Positions 37,778 through 47,760 of a stretch of DNA of 64,000 nt are shown here, piece by piece (the first letter of the stretch is position 1; each line of letters starts with the position of its first letter). Under the pieces are notes generated by a model. The model did no database searches. It had not been told where the DNA came from and saw only the letters and a list, made by a program, of their open reading frames with translations. The stretch is from positions 34,582 through 98,581 of the forward strand of contig JAEINX010000001.1 in NCBI GenBank assembly GCA_016342645.1, written 5' to 3'. The stretch comes from Bacteroidales bacterium. GTDB lineage: Bacteria > Bacteroidota > Bacteroidia > Bacteroidales > JAEINX01. A program made the translations under genes and the position numbers.

Positions 37778-38977
37778 TTAGCAATCTTCATTTGCAAGAA
37801 ATTGCCTGATGTGCATATGTTTAATTCCTTTATAATCTTCTGCAAATTCATCCGCTGAAACCACTATTTTCTCATAATTATCTTCGATTTTTAGTAGGTT
37901 TCCAAACTCTCTATCTCTTACTTTTTCATCAGGTAATTGATATGCAACCTGTATATATTTTGTTTCATTTCCTTTTTTAGCAACAAAATCAATTTCTCTA
38001 TCCTGATGTTTTCCAATATAAACCTTATAGTCCTCGAAAATTAATTGATTATAAACCAGATTTTCGAATACCTTTCCTATATGGCTACCTGTAAATGGAA
38101 TAATGGAATTTATTAATCCCAAATCTGAAAAAAAGTATTTATCATTTATCTCAAACCTTTTTTTACCAATAATATCCAAACGTTGTACTTTGTTGATAAA
38201 AAACGAATTCGTAAGATATTTCAGATAGTTCATTACAGTGTTTACTGATAAACTTACTCTCTGTGCTTTTAAAAAATCGCTGATCTTTTTTGATGATACA
38301 TAACTGCCGAGATTATCAGACAGGTATTCAACCAAACGTTCTAAGAAATCAATATCCCTTATGTTATATCTTGACACAATATCTTTAAGAATAATAGTAT
38401 TGTATATGCTATTTAAATATCCGTAAATTATTTCATCATCAAATGGTAAATGGATTAAATACGGTAGCCCACCATAACGAATATATTTGTTTAAAGTATC
38501 GTTATTGTTTTCCAATTTATGAATTTGTAAAAATTCATTGTATGAGAGGCTGTTTATATGAAACTCAATATAACGGCCTGAAAGGTGTGTAGCCAAATCA
38601 CCGGACAACATTTTGGCATTGCTTCCGGTACAAAACAAATCAATACCTTCAACAAGCAATTGCCTTAATGCGATTTCAAAATCTTCTATTTCCTGTATTT
38701 CATCAATAAAAACATAGTTTTTTTTGCTTTCAGATAATTTAGAATTTACGTATTGAAATAAATCTTCTGCAGCTTTTATATGTTTAAAATCGTTTTGTTC
38801 TTTATTAATGTAAATATTATGAGCATTTTTGTCTTCCTGTTTAACCATATCCATTATTTGTTTAAGAATAGTGGTTTTACCGACACGTCTTAGTCCCGAA
38901 AGGACTTTTATAATGTTTTTACCAATATAGGGCTTGACTTCTTTTAAGTATTTTTCTCTTATAAATACAGATTCCAT
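37778..38977 (-). CDS. AAA-family ATPase with DUF4143-type C-terminal domain
   Basis: Walker A GLRRVGKTT and Walker B VFIDEIQ, then a C-terminal region typical of AAA_14/DUF4143 proteins. The ATG at 38977 is preferred over the track's TTG at 38995. Confidence 0.8.
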   Translation of the reverse strand: MESVFIREKYLKEVKPYIGKNIIKVLSGLRRVGKTTILKQIMDMVKQEDKNAHNIYINKEQNDFKHIKAAEDLFQYVNSKLSESKKNYVFIDEIQEIEDFEIALRQLLVEGIDLFCTGSNAKMLSGDLATHLSGRYIEFHINSLSYNEFLQIHKLENNNDTLNKYIRYGGLPYLIHLPFDDEIIYGYLNSIYNTIILKDIVSRYNIRDIDFLERLVEYLSDNLGSYVSSKKISDFLKAQRVSLSVNTVMNYLKYLTNSFFINKVQRLDIIGKKRFEINDKYFFSDLGLINSIIPFTGSHIGKVFENLVYNQLIFEDYKVYIGKHQDREIDFVAKKGNETKYIQVAYQLPDEKVRDREFGNLLKIEDNYEKIVVSADEFAEDYKGIKHMHIRQFLANEDC

Positions 38978-39008
38978 AATGAAATGTTTTTGCAAATATA
39001 CAATATAT

Positions 39009-39024
39009 TTTCATTATAATGAAA
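39009..39024. promoter_or_regulatory. Perfect 16-bp palindrome tttcattataatgaaa upstream of the ATPase gene
   Basis: The sequence is self-complementary. The ATAATGAAAT half recurs at 38976-38985, overlapping the start codon. Confidence 0.35.
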
Positions 39025-39145
39025 TATTGGCCTTGATGAGTGAGTAATTTTCATTTCAATGATATCTTTTTTACCCCATACGATTATTTAAGAAATAAAT
39101 TTTAGTGTGATCTCTTAGTTTCTATAACGTATTTCTGATTTATAC

Positions 39146-42100
39146 TTAATTTGGATACACCACCGCACCGCTCTCAAACATTTTAATTAGATATCCTTCT
39201 CCGGGTTTGCATTCTCCTATTCCATTTATCCAATTAGGGCCTATTTTTCTTAGCATTTCACCATCGGAGCTACGAATAAAATCAAGTTTTTCATTTAAAA
39301 TTGAAGCAAAAGCTATTAGAGCATCTATTGGATTGTCAGGAAAATAACTTATAAATTGATATCCGGGGTTAAGCCCGACAGTAACTTCAGGATTAACTTT
39401 CTCACCATAGATTTTTAAGGTTTCCTCATTTAACATTTTAATTAAATATCCTTCCGAAATTTTCCAGTCACCGATCCCGTTGACCCAAAAAGGCCCGATT
39501 TTTCTAAACATTTTACCTTCTGAATTTCTAATAAAAACTAAGTTTTCATTTAAATTCGAATCCATAACAACTTTCATATCTGGAAATTCAGGCAAAACAT
39601 TTGAAGACACAAATTGAAATCCCTGTTTTAAGTCAATTGTTTGAATATCGCTTGAAATTGCAGGAATAGGAAAATCAATATTATCAATCCAGACACAATC
39701 ATCAAAACTGCTTTGGCTGGAATTTTTCTCATAAACCCATTTAAAACAATGTTTTCCTGAAGAAACAGGATAAGTTTTCTTCTCCCAATCAGATACACCT
39801 ATTAACTCATCAATAATTTCATCATCAATATAAAATTTCAAAAAGTCAATACTTTCGCAAGAAATTTTCCTGAAAAAAGAAATAGAATCATCTTTTAAAA
39901 CCTTGAAATCAATTCGTAATTCCGAATTTTGATTTTCGATAATTTCTCCTGACTTAGCACAAAATATACCTTCATAAGGATCGGTTGATGAAATCTGCCA
40001 ATTTTCATCTCCTCCAAATTCCCAGTTGAATTTACTAAAATCACCTGATTCAAAACCTTCGTTTGTTCTTATAACTTTTTCCGTAAAAGTTTTTTTAGAT
40101 AAATATTCTCCTGTATTAATATTTATAGTCAGATCAAGGCTAGTCCCCGATGGCATTAAATCAGAAAGACTTACATTAAATATAGCGTTTTTAATACTGT
40201 CACTTTTTATTATATCAATTTCAAAAAGCGAATTATTAATTATAAGAAATTCATTTGCAGACTCAAGCTGACAATTCACATTTTGAGCTTCGGACTGTCC
40301 TTCATTTTTAATTTCAAAAATTAGATTTGCTGTTTCTCCGGGATCAAGACGCCCGTTATTATTTGTATTTAAATCACCAACAATGAAATTATTACAGATT
40401 AATAATGGTGCATATGCATGAGCAATTGAAAAGGATTCGTCTAAGTTTTGCTCATAAATTAATTCAAATCTAAAAGAAAGTTCGTAATTATCAGGAATAT
40501 TTTCGGCAACTTCAATCTCGAAAGCATTTTCAATAATTATTGATTGCTCAGGAAGTAATGGGCCGGAAAAAGAAATTTCATCGGAAATGACATTAATATA
40601 CTGATCGGAAAAATCAAGAACCGAATTTATCGATCCTGTAGCTTCATTTTGTCCTATATTTTTAACTTCTATGGATAAAATTACAGTCTCCCCCGCCTCA
40701 ATTAAAGTATCATCAGGAGTATTAATTATTAGTTTATCAACAAGCAAATAAGAATCGGAAATATCTTTTGCCGGCAATGATGCGAAATAAGGTTTGTGTT
40801 GTGGTTTTGTAACAACAAGGTTTACATTTCCTTCGGTTAGAACCGGAGAAATCGGGATTTCGGCAAATCCGTTTTCATCAATAAAAGCCGAGCCAAGCAA
40901 AATTCCATCTTTTGAAATTCCAACATAAGAACCTGCAAGTGCTGAAACTTTAAATATTTCTGTATTCATTGGAAATATACATAAATGATTTACAGAGTTG
41001 GATTTTGCTTCCGTGAAATAAGTAATTAATGATGGATCGCCAAGCAAATTATATGATTGCCAATAAAACAAAGAGCTGGTTTGATGAGGATAACCTTGAA
41101 TATTTGCTTCCGTAACCGCAAGATTTCCAACGAAAACCAAAGCATCGTTTGCCACATAATCAGAAACAAAAGAAGCATCATAAGCTCCGAGGCTAGTTTC
41201 CTCAAAACTTGGAACATAGCCATTATTATTACCGACAATAGGAAACGCTCCTACTGCCCAATAAAAATCTTCGAACCATTGTGAAAATCCTGCCGAACCA
41301 ATATATGCAATTGCTCCTCCATTAGGGTTTCTTAAAAATGATTCACCAATACATTCACTATATCCAAAATCCCCGGAATAACAACAATTTGCAATTACTA
41401 AAGGAGATTTGTTTGAATTATAAAAAGCATAAACATCCCCACGGTCAAGGGCAGGGTCAATCCAAGAGGTTTCGGTTCCGTGAGCAGAATAAGTTAAAAA
41501 ACTAAGCCCGGGATTCATAGTATTGTAACAACCGTTATATTCGATTAAATATTCATTTACCGATTCAAAATCATTAGCCTGATTAAAATAATTTTCGGTT
41601 CCGTATTTAATTGTTGCTTGCCCAATTGCAGGATTCCAGGTTTGATCGACTCCTGCAATTAGAGTAGCATTATTCAAGAAAGAAGGGTCATTTTCCAGAT
41701 ATTTTTCATAAGAAATTGTTTTTTCCACCTGAGCTGCAATCTCCTCCTGATTTTTCCCTGAAAACCGCCCAATGTACATTTCCGGAAAATAATCATAATC
41801 AACGCTCGAGTAATATAAATCGGTCATTTTTCCCGTTAAAGCACCAAGGCTTGCCGGTATTTGTTGCGTATCACCGACTAAGAGAATAAAACTCGGTGCA
41901 GGGTCATCGGGAGTTGCTTCGTTATATCTTTCGTGTATCCATGTTTTAATTTCGTTATAAGAATATCCAATTTCGTCGGTAAACGCAATAATAATTTCAA
42001 AACCCTTTAAGGTTTTCCATTCAATAAAATCCTGAATTTGCTCTTCAAACTGACGGTCGCAAACAATCAAATATTTAACGGGATATTTTGTCAAGTCAGG

Positions 42101-42814
42101 GTGTGCGGGATAATTGTCGGTTTTATAATTTAATAATTTATTATAAACAACTTCAAAATATGGTGAAAAAGTTGAAGCCTTTTTGCTTTCTGTTAATAAA
42201 ACATCACTATCCGCGAAATCCAATTCAAGTTCGATATTATTATAAACACGAATGATTCCTTTTTGGGGATTATAACTAATGGGTGAAATTTCTAATCGTG
42301 CAATGCGAATACCTCTCAAAATCCCAAGAACTTCTGTTTTGACCAATTCCTTATCATTAAATTTATCAATTTGATAGAATTTTTCATTAAATTTGATTTC
42401 TAAATCATGAGCAGATAAATCTTTTCTTGGTGAAGTTTGAACAGGTAATATCAAATTATGAATTCCAAAGTCTGTTAATTTATATTCACGAACATCATAA
42501 GTAATATTTTTGATTTTAACTTCTGCGCCAAACGGAATTTCAATCAAATTTTTTATTGCCGGCACTTTGGGTTCTCCAATATTACCACAAAAATAAGAAC
42601 CATCAATGTATAAATCAGTAAAAATACCCTTATCGGTTTCTATATCAAAGGCTTTAATTTCATTAAAATTATAATAAAGTTTTAATTTTGAAAAATCATT
42701 CTGCTTTATAATTTTTTCAGATTGTTTATCCGAAACAGTAATAGTTTGACCCTGGCCAAATGAAAAGAATCCAATAGGAATTAACAGAAAAACACAAAAC
42801 AATTTCTTCAACAT
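39146..42814 (-). CDS. C25 (gingipain-like) cysteine peptidase ending in cassette repeats A/B, without GGNAAD domain or T9SS CTD
   Basis: Signal peptide, C25 propeptide-like N-terminus (FDIETDKGIFTDLYIDG..GEPKVPA), catalytic-type motifs SAHGTETSW (His) and ANCCYSGDF (Cys), and Ig-like segments. The protein stops right after repeat B (..GAVVYPN*). Confidence 0.8.
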   Translation of the reverse strand: MLKKLFCVFLLIPIGFFSFGQGQTITVSDKQSEKIIKQNDFSKLKLYYNFNEIKAFDIETDKGIFTDLYIDGSYFCGNIGEPKVPAIKNLIEIPFGAEVKIKNITYDVREYKLTDFGIHNLILPVQTSPRKDLSAHDLEIKFNEKFYQIDKFNDKELVKTEVLGILRGIRIARLEISPISYNPQKGIIRVYNNIELELDFADSDVLLTESKKASTFSPYFEVVYNKLLNYKTDNYPAHPDLTKYPVKYLIVCDRQFEEQIQDFIEWKTLKGFEIIIAFTDEIGYSYNEIKTWIHERYNEATPDDPAPSFILLVGDTQQIPASLGALTGKMTDLYYSSVDYDYFPEMYIGRFSGKNQEEIAAQVEKTISYEKYLENDPSFLNNATLIAGVDQTWNPAIGQATIKYGTENYFNQANDFESVNEYLIEYNGCYNTMNPGLSFLTYSAHGTETSWIDPALDRGDVYAFYNSNKSPLVIANCCYSGDFGYSECIGESFLRNPNGGAIAYIGSAGFSQWFEDFYWAVGAFPIVGNNNGYVPSFEETSLGAYDASFVSDYVANDALVFVGNLAVTEANIQGYPHQTSSLFYWQSYNLLGDPSLITYFTEAKSNSVNHLCIFPMNTEIFKVSALAGSYVGISKDGILLGSAFIDENGFAEIPISPVLTEGNVNLVVTKPQHKPYFASLPAKDISDSYLLVDKLIINTPDDTLIEAGETVILSIEVKNIGQNEATGSINSVLDFSDQYINVISDEISFSGPLLPEQSIIIENAFEIEVAENIPDNYELSFRFELIYEQNLDESFSIAHAYAPLLICNNFIVGDLNTNNNGRLDPGETANLIFEIKNEGQSEAQNVNCQLESANEFLIINNSLFEIDIIKSDSIKNAIFNVSLSDLMPSGTSLDLTININTGEYLSKKTFTEKVIRTNEGFESGDFSKFNWEFGGDENWQISSTDPYEGIFCAKSGEIIENQNSELRIDFKVLKDDSISFFRKISCESIDFLKFYIDDEIIDELIGVSDWEKKTYPVSSGKHCFKWVYEKNSSQSSFDDCVWIDNIDFPIPAISSDIQTIDLKQGFQFVSSNVLPEFPDMKVVMDSNLNENLVFIRNSEGKMFRKIGPFWVNGIGDWKISEGYLIKMLNEETLKIYGEKVNPEVTVGLNPGYQFISYFPDNPIDALIAFASILNEKLDFIRSSDGEMLRKIGPNWINGIGECKPGEGYLIKMFESGAVVYPN
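39149..39637 (-). repeat. Shared cassette copy 4 (repeats A+B only)
   Basis: FIRNSEGKMFRKIGPFWVNGIGDW and FIRSSDGEMLRKIGPNWINGIGEC. Confidence 0.85.
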
Positions 42815-42892
42815 AGAATTTTAAATAATTTCTACAAAAATAATACTTAAACAATTACGATTCAAAAAGACAGTACAAAATTCTCAGGTTTA

Positions 42893-42925
42893 AAAAAGGG
42901 TGAACCGGTTTTCGGCACACCCTTT
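42893..42925 (-). terminator. Rho-independent terminator after the 42945 gene
   Basis: 9-bp stem aaaagggtg / caccctttt, followed by a T-run on the minus strand. Confidence 0.7.
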
Positions 42926-42944
42926 TAGCAAATATTTTTATAAT

Positions 42945-45056
42945 TTATTTAACAGTTAATTTTTTTGTAATAATGTTTTCTGAAATATTTATTTGCAAGA
43001 AATAAATTCCGGCAGGATAGTCGGATGAATTGAGTTTAACATTATTAGAATTTGAGTTTTCTTCAAAAATTACTTGACCGGCAAAATTCAATATTTTAAT
43101 ATTTACAATATTTTTCTCCGAAACTATATTGATAATATTGTTTGCAGGATTTGGAAAAACATTAATATCGTTTCCGGAAATTTCGCTTGCAATTGATGAA
43201 TCTTTAGTAATGCTTAAAATGCTGAATTCAGCGTCATCTGTCGGGAAAGTGTTTTCAGAATAGGCATCAAAATATTCATTATTAAAATTATATGAACAAG
43301 AAGCCTCAGTTTGGTTTTTATTATCCCAAACTTTTATAGAAATTTGATTTTCTTCGGTATAACCTGTTCGACTTGTAAGTGTTTTGAACACAGCTATGCT
43401 ATTGTCGAATTGATTGAGCGAACAAATAACATCAGAACCAACCATAATATCTCCATCAAAAACAGCAACTTCATCACCAATTTCCAAACCTGAAACATAA
43501 ATTGTATAAACCGGATCGGCTGCATTTCCGCCTTCAAAAATAAAATATTTTGTTGTTATTTGATTTTTTGTGGATAATGTGGATTTAACAGGAATATTAT
43601 AAACCAAATCATCATCAGCGTACATTTTTATCAAATACCCTTGGCCTGGATTTGCATTTCCGATTCCGTTAACCCAATTCGGGCCAATTTTTCGCAACAT
43701 CTCACCTTGTGAATTTCTGATATAATGCAAATTATCATTTAAAATACTTTCAAAAGCAACTGAAGCATCTATAGCAACTACAGGCAAATAACTTACAAAC
43801 TGAAATCCTTCAAAAAGCTCAATCGAAGTTAAGGGATCAATTTCAATTCCTGCAATTTCTAATGTTTCCGAGCCGGCCATTTTAAATAAATAACCTTCGG
43901 TTGTTACCCAATCGCCAATACCATTAACCCAGTTTGGCCCGATTTTTCTAAACACAGAACCGTTGGAATTTCTTACATATACAAGATTTTCATTTAAAAT
44001 ACCGCTTAAGACAAGAAGCATATCGGGATTTTCAACTTCTATTCTTGTCGATGAAAATTGGTAACCAACATCTAAATCTATGATCTGAGTAGCCAGAACA
44101 GTAACTTCTACAGGATCGGTTTTTTCCGATTCTCCCTCATCGTAAACAGCTGAAACTTCGTAAAAATATGTGCCGGAACTAAGATCATAATCAATATAAG
44201 TAGTTTCATCTGCTGTGTTTAAAAATTGTCCATCCCTATAAATTTTATAATTGATGAAATCATCGCTTATCGGGGCATCCCAATTTAATGTAACATCGTC
44301 ATCAACTACATTTGCCTGAAGATTTATTGGTGGGGCCAGTGGAGGATTTTCGTCAAGCATCAAAGAAATACCTTGTAAAATATCTTTGCTTGAATTGTCC
44401 TGAACAAAAAGTGAAATCTCACAATTCTCAGTTAGCCAGCTTGCATCTACTGAAAAATCAAGAGAAACTGTTTGAGTATTTGAAGAAGAAAAATCGAGGT
44501 TGCTTCCGTAAGAATCAGGAACCATTAATCTCATCACATGATTAACTTCGGAAAGCCCACTCCAACTAAATGGAATATGCGATTCGGTTAAAGACATTTG
44601 CAAAACAAGGTCTTCACCTGTATATTCGGCAACTTTTGTAACCGTAACATTTAAATTGTAATCAGGTGCTGTTCCTGAAAGTGTGTAATCAATAGTGAAT
44701 GAACAAGGAGTATTTATCTGATTTTGATAAAACAGATCGTGCTCCGACCATGTTGCCCATTGGTAATATCCTATCATATTTGCATCGTAATAGGTAGTCG
44801 GAAACCATGTCCAACCGTAAAAACTTTGCCTTGCAGTATAAAAAGAATTTTGGAAAGGATCATTATAATGATATTCAATAATTGCTATATCATAATTTAA
44901 TTGCTGCATTTGCTCCATAATTGCAACTACAGAAGGGCAGGCGCCTCACCATGTGCCGGAGGAGATTTCAACAATTACTTTTTCTCTTGGTACTTGTTGC
45001 GAAAACATCAAGAATGGTATAAGAACCATTAAGCTTAGTAAATAAATTTTTTTCAT
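42945..45056 (-). CDS. Thioredoxin-fold / Omp28-related-like T9SS protein with in-frame TGA at the CxxC position (candidate selenoprotein, alternatively a pseudogene)
   Basis: The ATG at 45056 encodes signal peptide MKKIYLLSLMVLIPFLMFSQQ, then VIVEISSGTW-TGA-GACPS, in frame with the tracked ORF (Met at 44918). An FN3-like domain, cassette A/B, the GGNAAD domain and a CTD follow (INVFPNP...YFLQI). Confidence 0.6.
43203..44084 (-). repeat. Shared C-terminal cassette copy 5 (A+B 43596-44084, GGNAAD domain 43203-43550)
   Basis: YVRNSNGSVFRKIGPNWVNGIGDW and YIRNSQGEMLRKIGPNWVNGIGNA, then FIFEGGNAADPVYTIYVSGLEIGDEVAVF. Confidence 0.85.
44904..44932 (-). other. Hairpin 13 nt downstream of the in-frame TGA (candidate bacterial SECIS)
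   Basis: On the mRNA strand, CUGUAGUUGC-AAUUAUGGA-GCAAAUGCAG forms a 10-bp stem with one mismatch and one G-U pair. The 9-nt loop contains GG, and the UGA-to-loop distance is 23 nt. Confidence 0.35.
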
Positions 45057-45288
45057 TTTTTTGTTGTTTTTAATTTAGTGTATTTCTTTATTTTATTAGA
45101 ATAGACAGTTTTTTCATAAAAAAGTTGTTTTTAAAAGGAACTTGAAAATGGATATCTAAAATTGTAAACTTTTTTTCTTTTGTTTTACTAAATATACTCC
45201 TTTTAAATTGATGCGCTTCATTATTAAAAATATACTCGTCAAAAGTAAAATTCTTTTGATTACTAGAAACGGTGAAAAAGAAATAATT

Positions 45289-47760
45289 TCAAAATCCAAT
45301 ATTCAAAAACAAAGTTGGAGTAATGGGCATTGCTTCCGAATAAATGGTTTTGCCTCCCGGCAGGTTTGAGAAGTCATTATATCTGACATTATTTGTATTA
45401 AGCAAATTGATTATTGATAATCCACTTTCAAACTTTATTCTTTTTACATTAAATTTATAAAGAAATGCCAGGTCAAACCTGCTGTAAGGATCTGTTTTAA
45501 AATCTTTAAAGTTTAATGAACTTGCTAATCCCGATCCATAGACATAGTTTATTGAAATAAAAAAGGGATTGAAATTGAAAAGAGCTGCCCCTTTTATTTC
45601 ATGCCTTTGATCTTGTGGTGCATTATGAAATTCATTATTTTTGAGATAATTAAATTTTTCTTCTGTTTTACTTAAAGAATATGTTACCCAAAACTCATGG
45701 TTTTTAATAATTTTCCTGATATAAAAATCGACTCCGTAACTTCTTCCTTTGCCGTGATATAATTTCAATTGCGAGGAGTTATCTTTATAAATGAATCGGT
45801 TTAATCCGTTTGTTGTTTTATAATAGCCTTCAAGACTGTAATTAAAACCCTTATTTGTGAAGGATATTCCTGTAATATACTGTACTCCTTTTAATACCGA
45901 AATATTTTTATTATTGCAAATACTCCAGAAATAACTGTAATTGTTTAAATCATCAATCAAGGCATTCTCAGAAATAAATTGATTAAAAACACCCCATGCG
46001 AGATTAATTTTCCAGTTTTTCAAAGGCTTTATTGTTGCATCAATCCTTGGTTGAAAGTATGGTTTCGATATGTTTGCAGGGAAATCAATCCTTAAGCCCG
46101 GTTGAATATTGATATTTTTATTGATCGTAATATTATCTAATAAATAATAACTTAATCGGTTTGCTTGTGTCAGTCTGTTCTTTTGAGTAATATGTGTTGA
46201 ATCCTGCCTGTATCCGGTTCTGTTATTTGTAAATTTCAGTCCCATACTTAAACTATGTTTCCTGAATGCAGGGAAATGATGATCGGTTTTTATTGAAAAC
46301 TCAGAAATGCTGTTTTCAGTAAACAATACATTTAAGGAATCGTAAGCGGGTTCATAATAGTTAAGGCTATCAAATGAATTAGATATTAGGCCGGAATAAG
46401 CTATTGTTGTATTGGTTATTCCGGCTTTTTCCCAGTTGTTATTATAAAATATTGCACCTCCGAGTTGCTTTTGTTCAAGTTCTTTTGTTAATGAGTAAGA
46501 TTTAGTATCTTCATCTTTGCTAAATTTATATGACGACCTGTCATTCTCAGTAAGTAAACTCACATAAAAATTGTCACCTTTGGTAGTTCTGCCTGAGAAT
46601 TTAATATTCATATCCTGAAAATCATGATCAGGTTTATAAGTATCTGATTTATTTCCTTCCTTTGTTTTTAAAATATCATTCCAGTTAAGGAAATTGCGGT
46701 AAGACTGCCTAAATGAGAGCTGTAAGGAATATTTTCCTGCGATGGGAATACCTGCCAAACCACTGACAGTTTGATTATTTATATTGGCATTAGCGGAAAA
46801 TTTTTCAGGATTTCCCGATTTAGCTGTTATGTTAATTACTCCTCCAACCCTGCCACCAATATTAGAATTATACCCGCCCTTCATAATTTCAACATCTTTA
46901 ATAATTAAGGGGTTGATAACTCCAATTTTGTCATTTAAACTACTAATGCTAAAAAGAGGAATTCCATCAAATAAAATCAGGTTTTGTCCTTTATATGAAC
47001 CCCAAATTATATAATCATCGGTATGTTCGGCTGCAGCAAGAATTCCCGGCTGCAAACGCAAAAGATTGAAAATTGTATTATCATTATTCCCCGGTAAAAA
47101 TGAAGATATCTTATGATTTAATTTGATTAATCCTGATTTTTCGCCAATATGAGAATAAAATGCTTTGACTTCAGAATTTACGACCACTTCCTCTAAACCA
47201 ACAATCGAAGGCATCATTTTCAACTCCTGATTTGTACCAGAAGGAAGAATTGTATCAAGCAGAAAATATCCAATGTGGGAGGCTTTTAAGTTTGCAATAC
47301 TGTCATTCGATTTAAACGAAAAATTACCGTTAAGGTCGGAAATCAAACCACTTGAATTAAATTGAATATTGGAAAATGGTAATGTTTCTTTATTCAATTT
47401 ATCTGAAATATGGCCTGAAAACAGATAAACTTTTTCTTTGGGTACATCTAATTCTTCTTCTTTCGCAAAAATGATAAAAACATTTTTATTGATCTCGAAG
47501 GCAAGATTACAACTTTTTGTTAGTTTGGAAATTACCTGCCTTGGGGAATCATAAGAACCCGAATCTGACACAATACAGTTTGAAAGTAATTTATCGTTAA
47601 ATGAAAACTGAACACCATAATTATCACGTAATTCAAGAAAAACCTCATTTAGAGGCTTCTCATGAATATTTATATTGATTTTCTGAGCATTCAAGTTTAT
47701 TGATACACAGAAAACAATAATTATTAAGGAGCTTATTATTAAAAAATTTCTTCTAAGCAC
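45289..47760 (-). CDS. TonB-dependent receptor with N-terminal STN signalling domain and carboxypeptidase-regulatory-like domain
   Basis: Signal peptide, STN-like INIHEKPLNEVFLELRDNYGVQFSF, a CarbopepD_reg-like segment, plug and barrel, with a C-terminal ..LNIGF. The GTG start overlaps the FecR stop by 1 nt (TAGTG). Confidence 0.8.
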   Translation of the reverse strand: MLRRNFLIISSLIIIVFCVSINLNAQKININIHEKPLNEVFLELRDNYGVQFSFNDKLLSNCIVSDSGSYDSPRQVISKLTKSCNLAFEINKNVFIIFAKEEELDVPKEKVYLFSGHISDKLNKETLPFSNIQFNSSGLISDLNGNFSFKSNDSIANLKASHIGYFLLDTILPSGTNQELKMMPSIVGLEEVVVNSEVKAFYSHIGEKSGLIKLNHKISSFLPGNNDNTIFNLLRLQPGILAAAEHTDDYIIWGSYKGQNLILFDGIPLFSISSLNDKIGVINPLIIKDVEIMKGGYNSNIGGRVGGVINITAKSGNPEKFSANANINNQTVSGLAGIPIAGKYSLQLSFRQSYRNFLNWNDILKTKEGNKSDTYKPDHDFQDMNIKFSGRTTKGDNFYVSLLTENDRSSYKFSKDEDTKSYSLTKELEQKQLGGAIFYNNNWEKAGITNTTIAYSGLISNSFDSLNYYEPAYDSLNVLFTENSISEFSIKTDHHFPAFRKHSLSMGLKFTNNRTGYRQDSTHITQKNRLTQANRLSYYLLDNITINKNINIQPGLRIDFPANISKPYFQPRIDATIKPLKNWKINLAWGVFNQFISENALIDDLNNYSYFWSICNNKNISVLKGVQYITGISFTNKGFNYSLEGYYKTTNGLNRFIYKDNSSQLKLYHGKGRSYGVDFYIRKIIKNHEFWVTYSLSKTEEKFNYLKNNEFHNAPQDQRHEIKGAALFNFNPFFISINYVYGSGLASSLNFKDFKTDPYSRFDLAFLYKFNVKRIKFESGLSIINLLNTNNVRYNDFSNLPGGKTIYSEAMPITPTLFLNIGF

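Noticed and set aside
44946-44948. Genome-wide TGA reassignment (for example code 4 or 25) as the explanation for the in-frame TGA
   Set aside because: TGA terminates at least two well-delimited genes in this window (7534-7536 and 8710-8712) at positions matching normal protein ends. Only site-specific recoding (Sec) or a nonsense mutation remain plausible.
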